This document shows, piece after piece, positions 28,501-37,314 of a DNA stretch of 64,000 nucleotides. The DNA lies in IMG/VR virus record IMGVR_UViG_3300037483_001334. One strand, written 5' to 3'. This stretch comes from a virus. The position numbers and the translations under genes are program-made. The stretch's first letter is position 1, and the number at the start of each line of letters is the position of its first letter. The notes under the pieces were generated by a model. That model saw only the letters and a program-made list of their open reading frames with translations. It had not been told where the DNA came from and searched no databases.

Positions 28501-30318
28501 ATGGCCGTTCTGATCGCATTCATTCTCGGCGTCGCGCTCGTCGCGACCCCCATCGTTCTCGACGCTGTCGGGATTCACCTCGGCACCGCATCGCAGGTCA
28601 CGATGACCGCATCGGGCGCGGCGATGATCCTGTTCAGCGCAGTCGCGTTCGTGTTCACGCGCCTCTACCACAAGACGAAGGCGTCGGAAGCGTTCGTGCG
28701 CACCGGTCAGGGCGGCGCGAAGGTGATCCAGGACGGCGGAGCGGTCATCGTGCCGTTCATCCACGAGCTGGTGCGCGTCTCGCTGCGCACGCAGCGCCTG
28801 GAGGTCATCCGCGCCAACGAGAATTCGCTAATCACGCACGACAAGCTGCGTGCCGACATCCGCGCCGAGTTCTTCGTGCGCGTCGACCCGGAGGTGAGCG
28901 CGATCCTCCAGGCGGCCCGTTCTCTCGGTGACGGCCAGAGCGATCACGACGCGGTGAAGCTCCTCGTGGAGGACAAGCTCGTCAGCGCGCTCCGCACCGC
29001 CGCGGCGACCAAGACGCTCGAAGAGCTGAACAGCGAGCGGGACAAGTTCCTGGAGAAGGTCACGACGCTGCTCCAGAACGATCTGAAGAACAACGGTCTC
29101 GTGCTGGAGACGGTGACGATCTCGGCGCTCGATCAGACGGATCCGAAGTTCCTCAAGACGAACAACATCTTCGACGCGCAGGGCAGCAAGAAGATCGCCG
29201 AAATCACGCAGGCCAGCCTGACCGAGCGCAACGCGCTGGAGCGCACAGGCGAGGAGACGCGCAAGCAGCAGGACGTCGAGAACCGCAAGCGCATTCTGGC
29301 GATGGAGCAGGACGAGAAGCGCGCGACGGCCACGCAGGAGGCGGAGGTCGCGCAGCTGCGTGCGACGGCAACGCGCGACTCGACGACGAAGGTCATCGAG
29401 ATGGAAAAGGAGACGCAGCTCGCCAACATCGGCAAGCAGCGCGACCTGGAGGTCGCCGAGACCCAGCGTCAGCAGGCCCTGGCCCTCGCGGAAGAGCTGA
29501 AGGGCAAGGAGGTCTCGATCGCGCAGCAGGCCCGTGAGCAGGCGACCCTCGTGGCGCAGCAGCAGAAGGAGGCGGCTGGCGCGACGGCCCAGGCTGAGAA
29601 GGCGGAGCAGCAGCGCATCCTCGCGAAGAAGGAGGCCGAGGTCGCGAGCGCCCAGCAGGAGATCGAGACGATCAAGATCACGCAGCAGGCGGAGCGCGCA
29701 AAGGCGAAGAGCGTCATCGAAGCTCAGGCAGAGGCCCAGCGGTCAGTGCTGAAGAGCAACGCCGAGTCGGACGCGCAGTCGTATCAGATCGAGACGGGTG
29801 CGAAGTCCCGTCGGCTGGCCGCCGACGCCGAGGCCGAGGCGGTGCTCAAGAAGGCGACCGCCGAGACGGACGCTGACAAGATGCGTGCGGGTGCCGAGAA
29901 GGTCCGCGCGATGGTTCCGGTCGACGTGCGCAGGGCAGAGGTCGAGGTCGAGCGAGATCGGGTCGAGACCGTCGTCAAGCCCGAACTGGAAGCCCGCGAG
30001 AAGCACGGCAAGGTCGCGCAGGACTTCGAGATCGCGAAGATGCAGGTCATCGCGGAGAAGGAGGTCCGCATCGCGTTCGCGACGGCGCAGGCGACCGTCT
30101 TCTCGCGCATGGAGGCGAAGTTCTACGGCTCGCCGGCAGACGCCGCGAAGATGCTCGCATCGTTCACCGGCGGCCAGAGCCTGGCGACGACGGTCGAGGG
30201 GCTCGCCGAGAACATGAGCGAGTCGTCGAAGACGTTCGTGGGCGATGCGGTCGTGGCCGTAGGCAGGGCCGCTGTGCAGGCCTTGCAGTCAGCGCCGTCG
30301 GCGCCGAACGGCAAGTAG
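28501..30318 (+). CDS. flotillin/SPFH (band 7) domain protein (YqiK-like)
   Basis: N-terminal TM, SPFH core, long Ala/Glu/Gln-rich coiled coil. Confidence 0.7.
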   Translation: MAVLIAFILGVALVATPIVLDAVGIHLGTASQVTMTASGAAMILFSAVAFVFTRLYHKTKASEAFVRTGQGGAKVIQDGGAVIVPFIHELVRVSLRTQRLEVIRANENSLITHDKLRADIRAEFFVRVDPEVSAILQAARSLGDGQSDHDAVKLLVEDKLVSALRTAAATKTLEELNSERDKFLEKVTTLLQNDLKNNGLVLETVTISALDQTDPKFLKTNNIFDAQGSKKIAEITQASLTERNALERTGEETRKQQDVENRKRILAMEQDEKRATATQEAEVAQLRATATRDSTTKVIEMEKETQLANIGKQRDLEVAETQRQQALALAEELKGKEVSIAQQAREQATLVAQQQKEAAGATAQAEKAEQQRILAKKEAEVASAQQEIETIKITQQAERAKAKSVIEAQAEAQRSVLKSNAESDAQSYQIETGAKSRRLAADAEAEAVLKKATAETDADKMRAGAEKVRAMVPVDVRRAEVEVERDRVETVVKPELEAREKHGKVAQDFEIAKMQVIAEKEVRIAFATAQATVFSRMEAKFYGSPADAAKMLASFTGGQSLATTVEGLAENMSESSKTFVGDAVVAVGRAAVQALQSAPSAPNGK

Positions 30319-30319
30319 C

Positions 30320-30517
30320 GTGAAGTCGGCACAGATCCGCTGGGGCAAGTGCCAGTACTGCGGTGCCGATGGCTGGTGGACTCCGTCGACGCACATCGGG
30401 CTGCATCCGTTGTACGCGCACGATCGGCCCGATGGCCGGCAGTGCCTCAAGGCCGAGCGCGCGTACGTTCACACCAAAGAGGCTGCCTCGAAGTTCGTAC
30501 GGGCGGTGCGACGATGA
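30320..30517 (+). CDS. small Cys/His-rich protein (GTG start)
   Basis: ORF 65 aa. Confidence 0.3.
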   Translation: MKSAQIRWGKCQYCGADGWWTPSTHIGLHPLYAHDRPDGRQCLKAERAYVHTKEAASKFVRAVRR

Positions 30518-30543
30518 AGCTCGCGACAAGAAAGGGAAGCTGA

Positions 30544-30857
30544 TGTCCAACGATGAGAACGGCGGCGATTTGACGGTCGAGTGGCCCGAGCTGCCGCCAG
30601 ACGCGCGGCGGTACGTGTACGACTATTTGCGTCAAGCAATCGCGCAGGCGCGCTTGCGCACCTCTGAAGCGCGACTGGCGAGCGGGGTAGACAGTGCGCT
30701 GGGGACCGGATTCCGCGAGTTCTCGGGCGTACATGCCGCGATGGAGGTTGCGTTCGAAGCGGCGCTCATGGAGCTGGAAGCGGCCGACCCGAACATCTGC
30801 GTGGAATGCGGCGGGTTCCACGAGCCCGAGGCGCCACATCCACACGACGTGTCGTAA
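30544..30857 (+). CDS. small hypothetical protein
   Basis: internal ATG of ORF 30363..30857. Confidence 0.3.
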
Positions 30858-30858
30858 G

Positions 30859-31326
30859 ATGGGTCTCTACCTGAGCATGTACCTCGGTCCGTACGTCGAA
30901 TGCGTCGTGCGTGCGCAGACGCGTGAGGTCGCTGTCTGGGGGTGTACGAACGTCGGCTGCGCGCTGAACGCGAAGCACAGCGCGTTCGAGCCCTCGGGTA
31001 CAAAGTTCTGCGCGGACTGCGGCTCGCCGTGGGGCAAGAGCATGAAGGCCAAGCCGTACCGGCCTAACCCGCATACAGTCTTGGGCGAGAGCGAAGAGCT
31101 GACGATGCTCGGCGAAGACCCGGACGCGTACTACCTCGGCTCGAACATCGCCTCGCCGCGTCGGTTCCACTGCGACGCGTCCGAAGGCGTTCACTTTGAT
31201 GTCTCGTACGTCAACCAGGAAGGCGAGATGAAGTGGTTTTGTGAACGGCACGCCGACGATCTGGCGACGCTTGCCGAGGCATACGACACGCGTGTGGGCT
31301 GGGGCCTGCACGCCAGGTACAGCTGA
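30859..31326 (+). CDS. hypothetical protein with zinc-ribbon-like CADCGSPWG
   Basis: internal ATG of ORF 30694..31326. Confidence 0.3.
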   Translation: MGLYLSMYLGPYVECVVRAQTREVAVWGCTNVGCALNAKHSAFEPSGTKFCADCGSPWGKSMKAKPYRPNPHTVLGESEELTMLGEDPDAYYLGSNIASPRRFHCDASEGVHFDVSYVNQEGEMKWFCERHADDLATLAEAYDTRVGWGLHARYS

Positions 31327-31331
31327 CGGTC

Positions 31332-32276
31332 ATGAAGTTCGATATCGGAAAGCACACGGTTTACCTCGCGCGCCACGGCAGCCGCGCGTATGGCACGAGC
31401 ACGCCCGAGTCCGATCTGGACATCAAGGGCTTCGCAGTCGCGCCGAAGTTGTACACGCTGGGCTTCGCGCACAAGTTCGAGCAGTACGAGGAGCACGGTG
31501 CAGACAGCCCCGAGGGGCCACTCGATTCTGTCGTGTACGACATCCGGAAGTTCTGCCGACTGGCGGCGGACTGCAATCCGAACATCATCGAGGTGCTGTT
31601 CATCGATGACTCGGACGTGCTGACGCTGCATCCAGCTGGGAAGCTGGTGCGCGACAACCGCGAGGCGTTCCTGTCGAAGAAGGCGCGCATCACGTTCAGC
31701 GGGTACGCCGTCAGCCAGCTGAAGCGCATCAAGACGCATCGCGGGTACCTGCTCAACCCGCCTACACACAAGCCGACGCGCGAGGAGTTCGGGCTGGCGG
31801 TCGACATGAAGATCACCGCCGACATGATGGGCGCGTTCGACAAGGTCACCGCTGGCGGAGAAGCTGTCGATCCGAACGTGATGGAGCTGGTGGCGCGCGA
31901 GAAGCGCTACAAGGCGGCGCTCGAACGGTGGAACCAGCACGAGAGCTGGAAGGCGAATCGGAACGAGAAGCGTGCGGCACTGGAAGCGGAACATTCATAC
32001 GATTCGAAGCACGCTGGACACCTCGTTCGGCTCTTGCGGATGTGTCGTGAGATCCTCACGGGCAAAGGAGTGATCGTGCGTCGGCCTGACGCGGCCGAGC
32101 TACTCGCCATCCGCAACGGCGAGTGGTCGTACGAGAAGCTCATCGAGTGGGCCGAGCGCGAGGACGGCGAGATGCGGGCGCTGTACGACGCGTCGACGCT
32201 GCCGGACGAACCGGACATGGGGAAGCTGAACGCGATCTGCGTCGAGGCGCAGGAGCGCTTCTGGAGGATGTCGTGA
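31332..32276 (+). CDS. nucleotidyltransferase (Pol-beta fold) with helical C-terminal domain
   Basis: ARHGSRAYGTSTPESDLDIKGF (hG[GS]x9-13Dh[DE]h motif). Confidence 0.5.
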   Translation: MKFDIGKHTVYLARHGSRAYGTSTPESDLDIKGFAVAPKLYTLGFAHKFEQYEEHGADSPEGPLDSVVYDIRKFCRLAADCNPNIIEVLFIDDSDVLTLHPAGKLVRDNREAFLSKKARITFSGYAVSQLKRIKTHRGYLLNPPTHKPTREEFGLAVDMKITADMMGAFDKVTAGGEAVDPNVMELVAREKRYKAALERWNQHESWKANRNEKRAALEAEHSYDSKHAGHLVRLLRMCREILTGKGVIVRRPDAAELLAIRNGEWSYEKLIEWAEREDGEMRALYDASTLPDEPDMGKLNAICVEAQERFWRMS

Positions 32277-32737
32277 GCACCGTGAAGCCGCGCGCCAAGA
32301 AGCGCGAGATAGCGTACTCGCTACCGGCGGCAGATCCTGCGCTGCTGGCCGAAGCGCAGGCCGCGTTTCGTGCGGCCGTCGAGCACGAGCGTCACATCGC
32401 GATCTCGCACGCGCATCGACACGAGTGGTACGATAAGCTCGATGAGTTCGACCGTCGAAAGTGCAACCGCGAGACCGAGACGTACTTCGCCGAGTATCTG
32501 CGTCTCGACGCGCGGCACGTGTTCTGTTCAATCGCTGGCGGAATGCGACCGGATGCGCCACACCCGTTCCATGCTCAGAACATGAAGCGAGACTACTTCT
32601 TCACCGATAATCGCGAACGTGCGGCCGTCGCGGAAGCGGTGGCATCCGTGCGCAAGAAGGCCAAGCGACTTCCGCTCGACACGGCCTTCGTGAAGGCCTG
32701 CGAGCTTGCGGCCGGGCACAAGTTCGAGGACGTATGA
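32273..32737 (+). CDS. hypothetical protein (GTG start, GTGA overlap)
   Basis: ORF. Confidence 0.35.
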   Translation: MSTVKPRAKKREIAYSLPAADPALLAEAQAAFRAAVEHERHIAISHAHRHEWYDKLDEFDRRKCNRETETYFAEYLRLDARHVFCSIAGGMRPDAPHPFHAQNMKRDYFFTDNRERAAVAEAVASVRKKAKRLPLDTAFVKACELAAGHKFEDV

Positions 32738-33048
32738 TGCGTCTCGTGCGTCTGTGTTCCGTGTGCAGGCAGGAGCACGACTTCTGGCGGCGGGACATGG
32801 CGCGCGCCGGGGTCGCCCTGATCGGCGCAGCACCGTACGCGCCGTGTTGCTGCTGCGGTCAGCAGGTAGGAGACCTCGTCACCGACCGCGGCTACCGCTC
32901 TCGGTTCAATCGCTACGCACGGCGGCAGAAGGCACAGGCGCGCTACGAGGAGGAGAAGCGCCGGCAGGAACAGGAGCGCGAAGAGGCGGCCGATCTCGAA
33001 GCTGAGGCTGAGGATGCGCGGATCATGTACGGCCGCGTGAAGGACTGA
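32734..33048 (+). CDS. small Cys-rich protein
   Basis: ATGA overlap. Confidence 0.35.
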   Translation: MMRLVRLCSVCRQEHDFWRRDMARAGVALIGAAPYAPCCCCGQQVGDLVTDRGYRSRFNRYARRQKAQARYEEEKRRQEQEREEAADLEAEAEDARIMYGRVKD

Positions 33049-33050
33049 GC

Positions 33051-33368
33051 GTGCCGACGTACTCCTCTTGGGCATCGCGGCACATCGAGAGGCTGCTCCT
33101 CGGTGAGACGGTGTCGTTTCGTCCTCGCGGGAACTCGATGGTGCCGCGCATCAAGAGCGGCCAGCTGTGCACGGTCGAGCCGTTGAGCGAGCCGCCCGCG
33201 GTCGACGACGTCGTGCTGTGTCGCGTGCGTGGGTCCTGTTACTTGCATCTCGTGCGCGCGACGGAGCCGGCGAAGGACATGTATCTGATCGGGAACAACC
33301 GCGGGCACCTGAACGGCTGGATCGGCAGGCAGCACGTCTACGGCAAGCTCACGAAGGTCGAGGACTAG
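33051..33368 (+). CDS. S24 (LexA/UmuD-like) peptidase-domain protein
   Basis: RGNSMVPRIKSGQLCTVEP with downstream Lys (GKLTKV). Confidence 0.4.
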   Translation: MPTYSSWASRHIERLLLGETVSFRPRGNSMVPRIKSGQLCTVEPLSEPPAVDDVVLCRVRGSCYLHLVRATEPAKDMYLIGNNRGHLNGWIGRQHVYGKLTKVED

Positions 33369-33558
33369 AGGTGGGGACGCGCCTCGCACGACTGTGTCTC
33401 GACGACTGCTCGGCCCGGAAGTCGGTGCCGGTGGAGATCGTCGGCGAGACCGAGAAACGATTCCGTGTGCGCTTTCTCGAAGCGGCAACATTGCCGCATC
33501 GCGGACCCGTAGAAGTAGGCGACGTGAAGTGGGTTCCGAAGCACGACGTGGTGTCGAA

Positions 33559-33798
33559 GTGACGCACCTGGCGACGCCGCATCTGCAAGGATGCACTTGT
33601 GCGGAATGCCTTTCCTGCCCCTGCGAGCGATGCCAGGAGAAGGCGGCCGAGGTCGCGCGGCTAGCTCGCATCACGAAGGCTGCGAGACCGAAGCCGCCGT
33701 GTCCGGCATGTGGTGGACGTCACATCCTCGGTGAGGATCTGCCCGACTTTCTTGGGGGCGGATACTGTACGACCTGCGAAGGAAGTGGCGATGCGTAA
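33559..33798 (+). CDS. small Cys-rich zinc-binding protein
   Basis: CTCAEC...CPCERC...CPACGG...CTTCEG. Confidence 0.3.
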   Translation: MTHLATPHLQGCTCAECLSCPCERCQEKAAEVARLARITKAARPKPPCPACGGRHILGEDLPDFLGGGYCTTCEGSGDA

Positions 33799-34114
33799 GA
33801 AGCTGACGGACGAAGAAGCGCTCGCTGCGGTGCGCAAGGCGGGAGAGACCGGCGACTTCGAGATGGCCCAGCAGGACTCTCTGGAGCGCTATCCGGAGGA
33901 GGGGCAGCAGATCTGCGAAGCCCTGTCGGAAATGCTGAGCATCCGCGTGGGCTTCCTGTCGGACATGTCGGCGCTCTCGGATTTCCCGACTGAGCGCGTG
34001 GACGCGTTCTATGAGAAGCTCGGTGACCGTCTCTGCGTTCCGGTAGCGCACGGCGACAGCGTGGTCGAGGTCTGCCGGCGCATGCGCGAGAAGGCGAAGG
34101 CTGGTCGAGCTTGA
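33791..34114 (+). CDS. hypothetical protein
   Basis: ORF with RBS ggaagtgg. Confidence 0.35.
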   Translation: MRKKLTDEEALAAVRKAGETGDFEMAQQDSLERYPEEGQQICEALSEMLSIRVGFLSDMSALSDFPTERVDAFYEKLGDRLCVPVAHGDSVVEVCRRMREKAKAGRA

Positions 34115-34527
34115 CGCTTGATCACGCGGCGGGCGATGCTCGGTGCGTGATCTGGTTCATCGCGATCGTCGTCGCATTCATCACGTTGGTCGCCCTTTCG
34201 GGCGCGGCGGTCTTTTTCAGCCGTGTCGATGCGATGTGGGGCGTCTGCGACCTAGAGACCGGCGTCAGCGCCTCGGTCACACGCGTGCACCCGGCGTGGC
34301 TGTTTATCTGGTTTCCAGTCGCGGGCCTCGCGTACTGGGCCGTACGTTTCAACGGCGGAGCTGACGACATGGTGGCCGCATGCGTCTGGGGTCAGGCACG
34401 CCGCGCAGAGCAGCGCGGTACCCTTGATCGAGCCCGCTTCAAGCGTCTGGAAGCCTATCTGGGCGAGCGCTTCCCGAGCGTAGAGGCCTTGGCTCGGCTC
34501 GCAGAACGCGAAGACGACACTCGGTGA
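34111..34527 (+). CDS. membrane protein (TTG/ATG start)
   Basis: ORF with 2-3 TM. Confidence 0.35.
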   Translation: MTLDHAAGDARCVIWFIAIVVAFITLVALSGAAVFFSRVDAMWGVCDLETGVSASVTRVHPAWLFIWFPVAGLAYWAVRFNGGADDMVAACVWGQARRAEQRGTLDRARFKRLEAYLGERFPSVEALARLAEREDDTR

Positions 34528-34529
34528 TG

Positions 34530-34557
34530 TAGGCGGGTATCCGACCGATTTTTTCTG
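34530..34557 (+). terminator. putative intrinsic terminator (GC stem then ATTTTTTCT)
   Basis: ggcgggtatccgaccg followed by a T-run. Confidence 0.35.
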
Positions 34558-34854
34558 TCGTCTTGCTTTTTCTTCTTGACGCCCGCTCGAAGGGCTGTCA
34601 GACATACGAGACCCTGGGGCAGTCGCCCCATCGAACGATAACCTCCCCTCCACCATGACAGCCACCAGCATTTCCAGGCTCCCGATGTCGCTGCCGCTCC
34701 GCGGTCGCGATCTCGGAGTCGTGTGCGCCTGGACGGGCTTCTACGCAGCGCACACGAACCAGGAGAAGCCCAGACCGCCCTCGTAGGAAACCGGACACAG
34801 GTCCAGCAACCAACGAGGGCGCCCCGGGAAACCAGGGTGCCCCTTTTCATTTCT

Positions 34855-34936
34855 GCCGGCTGTGAACGATGGACGTTCGGCACGCTGTAAACGTGCTGCC
34901 CTTCGGGGCTCGGGGGTTCGATTCCCTCATCCGGCA
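34855..34936 (+). tRNA. tRNA-Tyr(GTA), type II with long variable arm
   Basis: D-arm GAAC/GTTC, anticodon stem GCACG/CGTGC with loop CTGTAAA, V-arm GCCC-TTCG-GGGC, T-loop TTCGATT; one acceptor mismatch. Confidence 0.7.
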
Positions 34937-34949
34937 TCAGGATAGGACC

Positions 34950-35144
34950 ATGACCAGCACGCACATCATCGAGAGGTACCGTCGCACGCGCGAGCTGCTC
35001 AAGGCTGCGCGTCTGCGTGGCGGCGAGGACGAGGTCGATCGGCTCGAAGACGAGCTGGACGGTCTGTGGGCGACGATGTCCGGCGCAGATCGCCGGACGG
35101 TTCTGGGCGTCGAAGGGCGAGAGGACAAACGCGCGGCCGCCTGA
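34950..35144 (+). CDS. small hypothetical protein
   Basis: ATG with RBS aggatagga. Confidence 0.3.
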   Translation: MTSTHIIERYRRTRELLKAARLRGGEDEVDRLEDELDGLWATMSGADRRTVLGVEGREDKRAAA

Positions 35145-35148
35145 CAGC

Positions 35149-35223
35149 GGGAGCGTAGCTCAGTGCGGCAGCAGCATTCGGTTTTTACCCGAACGGTCGC
35201 GGGTTCGATGCCCGCCGCTCCCA
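35149..35223 (+). tRNA. tRNA-Lys(TTT)
   Basis: Cloverleaf; anticodon loop TTTTTAC; T-arm GCGGG-TTCGATG-CCCGC. Confidence 0.8.
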
Positions 35224-35225
35224 GC

Positions 35226-35297
35226 GGGACGTAAGCATACGTGGCGATGCACTCGGTTCTTACCCGAGCTAACGGGGTTCGATTCCCCGACGTCCCA
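35226..35297 (+). tRNA. tRNA-Lys(CTT)
   Basis: anticodon loop TTCTTAC; acceptor GGGACGT/ACGTCCC. Confidence 0.8.
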
Positions 35298-35368
35298 TCC
35301 GGATTCGTCTAATGGCAGGACGCGAGTTTCTGGCACTCGCTATCGAGGTTCGATTCCTTGATCCGGAA
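35298..35368 (+). tRNA. tRNA-Gln(CTG)
   Basis: U1-A72, anticodon loop TTCTGGC, T-loop TTCGATT. Confidence 0.8.
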
Positions 35369-35446
35369 CTAGCAGCCGTAACCAACGGCTCTGAAAACTG
35401 AATAGGAACCGAAGAAGACGGCGGGCGCCATCAGGCGTCCGCCCAT

Positions 35447-35518
35447 TGACCAGTAGCTCAGCGGCCGAGCACGTGTCTGTTAAACACGGTGACGTTGGTT
35501 CAAATCCAACCTGGTCAG
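35447..35518 (+). tRNA. tRNA-Asn(GTT)
   Basis: U1-A72; D-arm GCTC-AGCGGCC-GAGC; anticodon loop CTGTTAA. Confidence 0.75.
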
Positions 35519-35522
35519 TCAT

Positions 35523-35595
35523 TCCAGGGATGCTCGACAGGTCGGGCGCTCCGCTGTTTCCGGAGAGTTAGGGGGTTCGAGTCCCTCCCCTGGAG
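35523..35595 (+). tRNA. tRNA-like, anticodon loop CTGTTTC (GTT?) with U37; possibly degenerate
   Basis: Acceptor TCCAGGG/CCCTGGA, T-arm GGGGG-TTCGAGT-CCCTC. Confidence 0.4.
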
Positions 35596-35601
35596 TTTTC
35601 T

Positions 35602-35673
35602 AGGCCATAGCTGCGGATCAGCGGAGTCGACTCCAAATCGACTCGTCATGGATTTCGACTATCCAGTGGCCTG
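35602..35673 (+). tRNA. tRNA-Trp(CCA)
   Basis: anticodon stem GTCGA/TCGAC, loop CTCCAAA; T-arm TGGAT-TTCGACT-ATCCA. Confidence 0.7.
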
Positions 35674-35799
35674 TGAACGGTTCTCGGAGCGTGCGCGCTT
35701 AGCCGAGAGCTGGTCTTTGCCGAGTAAGCTAATCAAGAGAAAGCACTGGTCTGAAAAGCCAGGGAGCTGGGGGCAGTACCCAGACTCGGCATGATGATT
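35674..35799 (+). other. structured non-coding segment (nested hairpins; 7-bp long-range stem GCCGAGT...ACTCGGC)
   Basis: tctcgg...ccgaga hairpin, ctggg-ggcagta-cccag hairpin. Confidence 0.3.
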
Positions 35800-35870
35800 C
35801 CCTCGTGACGCTGCTGGGTGGCGGACCCGTTGTCTGCGGGATGAGAGCGGTTCGATTCCGCTACGGGGGG
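35800..35870 (+). tRNA. tRNA-Asp(GTC)-like, weak (4-bp anticodon stem, U37)
   Basis: Acceptor CCCTCGT/ACGGGGG, canonical T-arm AGCGG-TTCGATT-CCGCT. Confidence 0.35.
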
Positions 35871-35873
35871 TTT

Positions 35874-35948
35874 CGGGGTAAGGGCCCGCTGGAGGGCCAC
35901 CTGGTTTGGATCCAGGCAAACTGATGGGTTCGACTCCCATTACCCCGA
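35874..35948 (+). tRNA. tRNA-Pro(TGG)
   Basis: anticodon stem CCTGG/CCAGG loop TTTGGAT. Confidence 0.75.
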
Positions 35949-36084
35949 CTCGGAGCGTCTTGGCGGAAGTGGCATACGCAGCTGGTAGTAGGGAGCGTCA
36001 TCTCCCGGGGCCAGCCGGAGCAAGCGGCAGATGACCTGTCCGATCTTGCCCTTGTTGGTTCGAGTCCAGCGGACAATCCGATTC
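35949..36084 (+). other. unassigned structured segment in the tRNA array (possible degenerate tRNA; T-arm-like GTTGG-TTCGAGT-CCAGC)
   Basis: 6-bp long-range stem GTCATC...GATGAC; no matching acceptor found. Confidence 0.25.
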
Positions 36085-36155
36085 GGGGTCATCGTACAAC
36101 GGGCGTACGTTGCGTTCGCATCGCAAAAATCGGGGTTCGATTCCCCGTGACTCCA
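36085..36155 (+). tRNA. tRNA-Ala(CGC)
   Basis: G3:U70 identity pair; anticodon loop TTCGCAT; T-arm CGGGG-TTCGATT-CCCCG. Confidence 0.75.
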
Positions 36156-36162
36156 GTCTCAT

Positions 36163-36238
36163 GGTGAACGTAGTGTAGTGGCTTCTGCACGTCCGACTGT
36201 GATCCGGAAGGTGGCGAGTTCAATCCTCCCCGTTCACC
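36163..36238 (+). tRNA. tRNA-His(GTG) with encoded G-1 and C73
   Basis: Anticodon loop CTGTGAT; 8-bp acceptor with G-1:C73; A·C at 31·39; one T-stem mismatch. Confidence 0.55.
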
Positions 36239-36241
36239 CTT

Positions 36242-36315
36242 GCTCTCGTAGCTCAGCAGGATAGAGCCCTTGTTTCCTAAACGAGAGGTCGAGTGTTCGA
36301 ATCACTCCGAGAGCG
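36242..36315 (+). tRNA. tRNA-Arg(CCT)
   Basis: acceptor GCTCTCG/CGAGAGC; loop TTCCTAA; T-loop TTCGAAT. Confidence 0.8.
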
Positions 36316-36323
36316 ATTCTAAA

Positions 36324-36396
36324 CGGCACGTAGCACAGTGGTTAGTGCACTCCGCTGATACCGGAGAGATCGCTGGTTCAAGTCCAGCCGTGCCGA
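36324..36396 (+). tRNA. tRNA-Ile(GAT)
   Basis: D-arm GCAC-AGTGGTTA-GTGC; loop CTGATAC; T-arm GCTGG-TTCAAGT-CCAGC. Confidence 0.85.
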
Positions 36397-36459
36397 TCCG
36401 CAGCGCGCGAGCGGGTTCCATGGGCCTGCTCGGGATGGCCATCCAACCTGCGGAACCAA
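36397..36459 (+). other. 58-nt tRNA-like remnant (7-bp acceptor-like stem TCCGCAG...CTGCGGA)
   Basis: inverted termini, too short for a tRNA. Confidence 0.25.
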
Positions 36460-36532
36460 CGTCGCATAGCTCAGCTAGAAGAGCGCCTGCTCGACATGCA
36501 GGAGGTCCCGGGGGCAGTTCCCGGTGCGACGA
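36460..36532 (+). tRNA. tRNA-Val(GAC) with non-canonical T-loop (GGCAGTT) and C33
   Basis: Perfect acceptor CGTCGCA/TGCGACG; D-arm GCTC-AGCTAGAA-GAGC. Confidence 0.55.
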
Positions 36533-36767
36533 TCCCTCGTAGTTCAAAGGAAGAACTGCCGAAAAACGAAACGGCGCTCGTAACAGACATCGTCTCGCCT
36601 GCTACGCGAACGCCTGTGGCAAGTAGTGGTGTGGGTAGCTCTCGAAGGTTGCGGATGCACCGAATGGCACGAAGGACTCGGGTCGCTAGGGAAGCGAGTT
36701 TTCCTGAACAGGGAGCGCGGTGACGATGGTCCGGGTTCGATTCCCGGCGAGGGAGCTAGTTGGCCTT
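36533..36767 (+). ncRNA. split or intron-containing tRNA-like element: canonical 5' acceptor + D-arm and 3' T-arm + acceptor separated by ~170 nt
   Basis: 5' TCCCTCG-TA-GTTC-AAAGGAA-GAAC; 3' CCGGG-TTCGATT-CCCGG-CGAGGGA-G, exactly complementary to the 5' acceptor. Confidence 0.35.
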
Positions 36768-37169
36768 GGAGACGGTGGTCTGCAACGATCCTGGCGTCGG
36801 CCTGGCCGCCTTCTGCATCAGGTCCGTGACGACGCCGGCCAGAGCGTCCATGGTCATCTCCTTGCGGCGGCTGGTGCGGATGATTCGGTCCTCCCAGTTG
36901 ATGTCGATCGCCTCGTTGTACGTGACCTCGCGGCCGTCATCGCGCGCGACGCGCTCGGACTTCATGATGTTCTCGTCGACCACCTGCTCGAACTCGCGCC
37001 CCGCGATGATGATGGCGGTGGCGAGAGCGTGGTCGTCGACGCCGCTGAGGGTCGGCTCGGGCCGGTTCATCAGCGAGTAGTCGAGCTTATGCTCCTTGAC
37101 GCGGTACGCGATGAGCAGCCCGTCGGCGAGTTCTCGAAGCAGCTTCTCTGGCAGGTCTGTGGTCGGCAT
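36756..37169 (-). CDS. hypothetical protein
   Basis: minus ORF 137 aa. Confidence 0.35.
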   Translation of the reverse strand: MPTTDLPEKLLRELADGLLIAYRVKEHKLDYSLMNRPEPTLSGVDDHALATAIIIAGREFEQVVDENIMKSERVARDDGREVTYNEAIDINWEDRIIRTSRRKEMTMDALAGVVTDLMQKAARPTPGSLQTTVSKAN

Positions 37170-37314
37170 GGTCGACGATGGTACGGGACGCCTTCAGGGC
37201 GTGCAACGGGCTCGTGGTGAAGCGGGATCACACGACCATGGCATGGTCGGTTCGCCAGTTCGATTCTGGCCGAGTCCACTTGTAGCTCATGTAGGAGTGC
37301 GCTACGTTCGTCGC

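Noticed and set aside
36533-36767. tmRNA hypothesis for the split tRNA-like element
   Set aside because: No internal tag-peptide reading frame ending in ...AA-stop was found, and the element is ~235 nt, short for a tmRNA.
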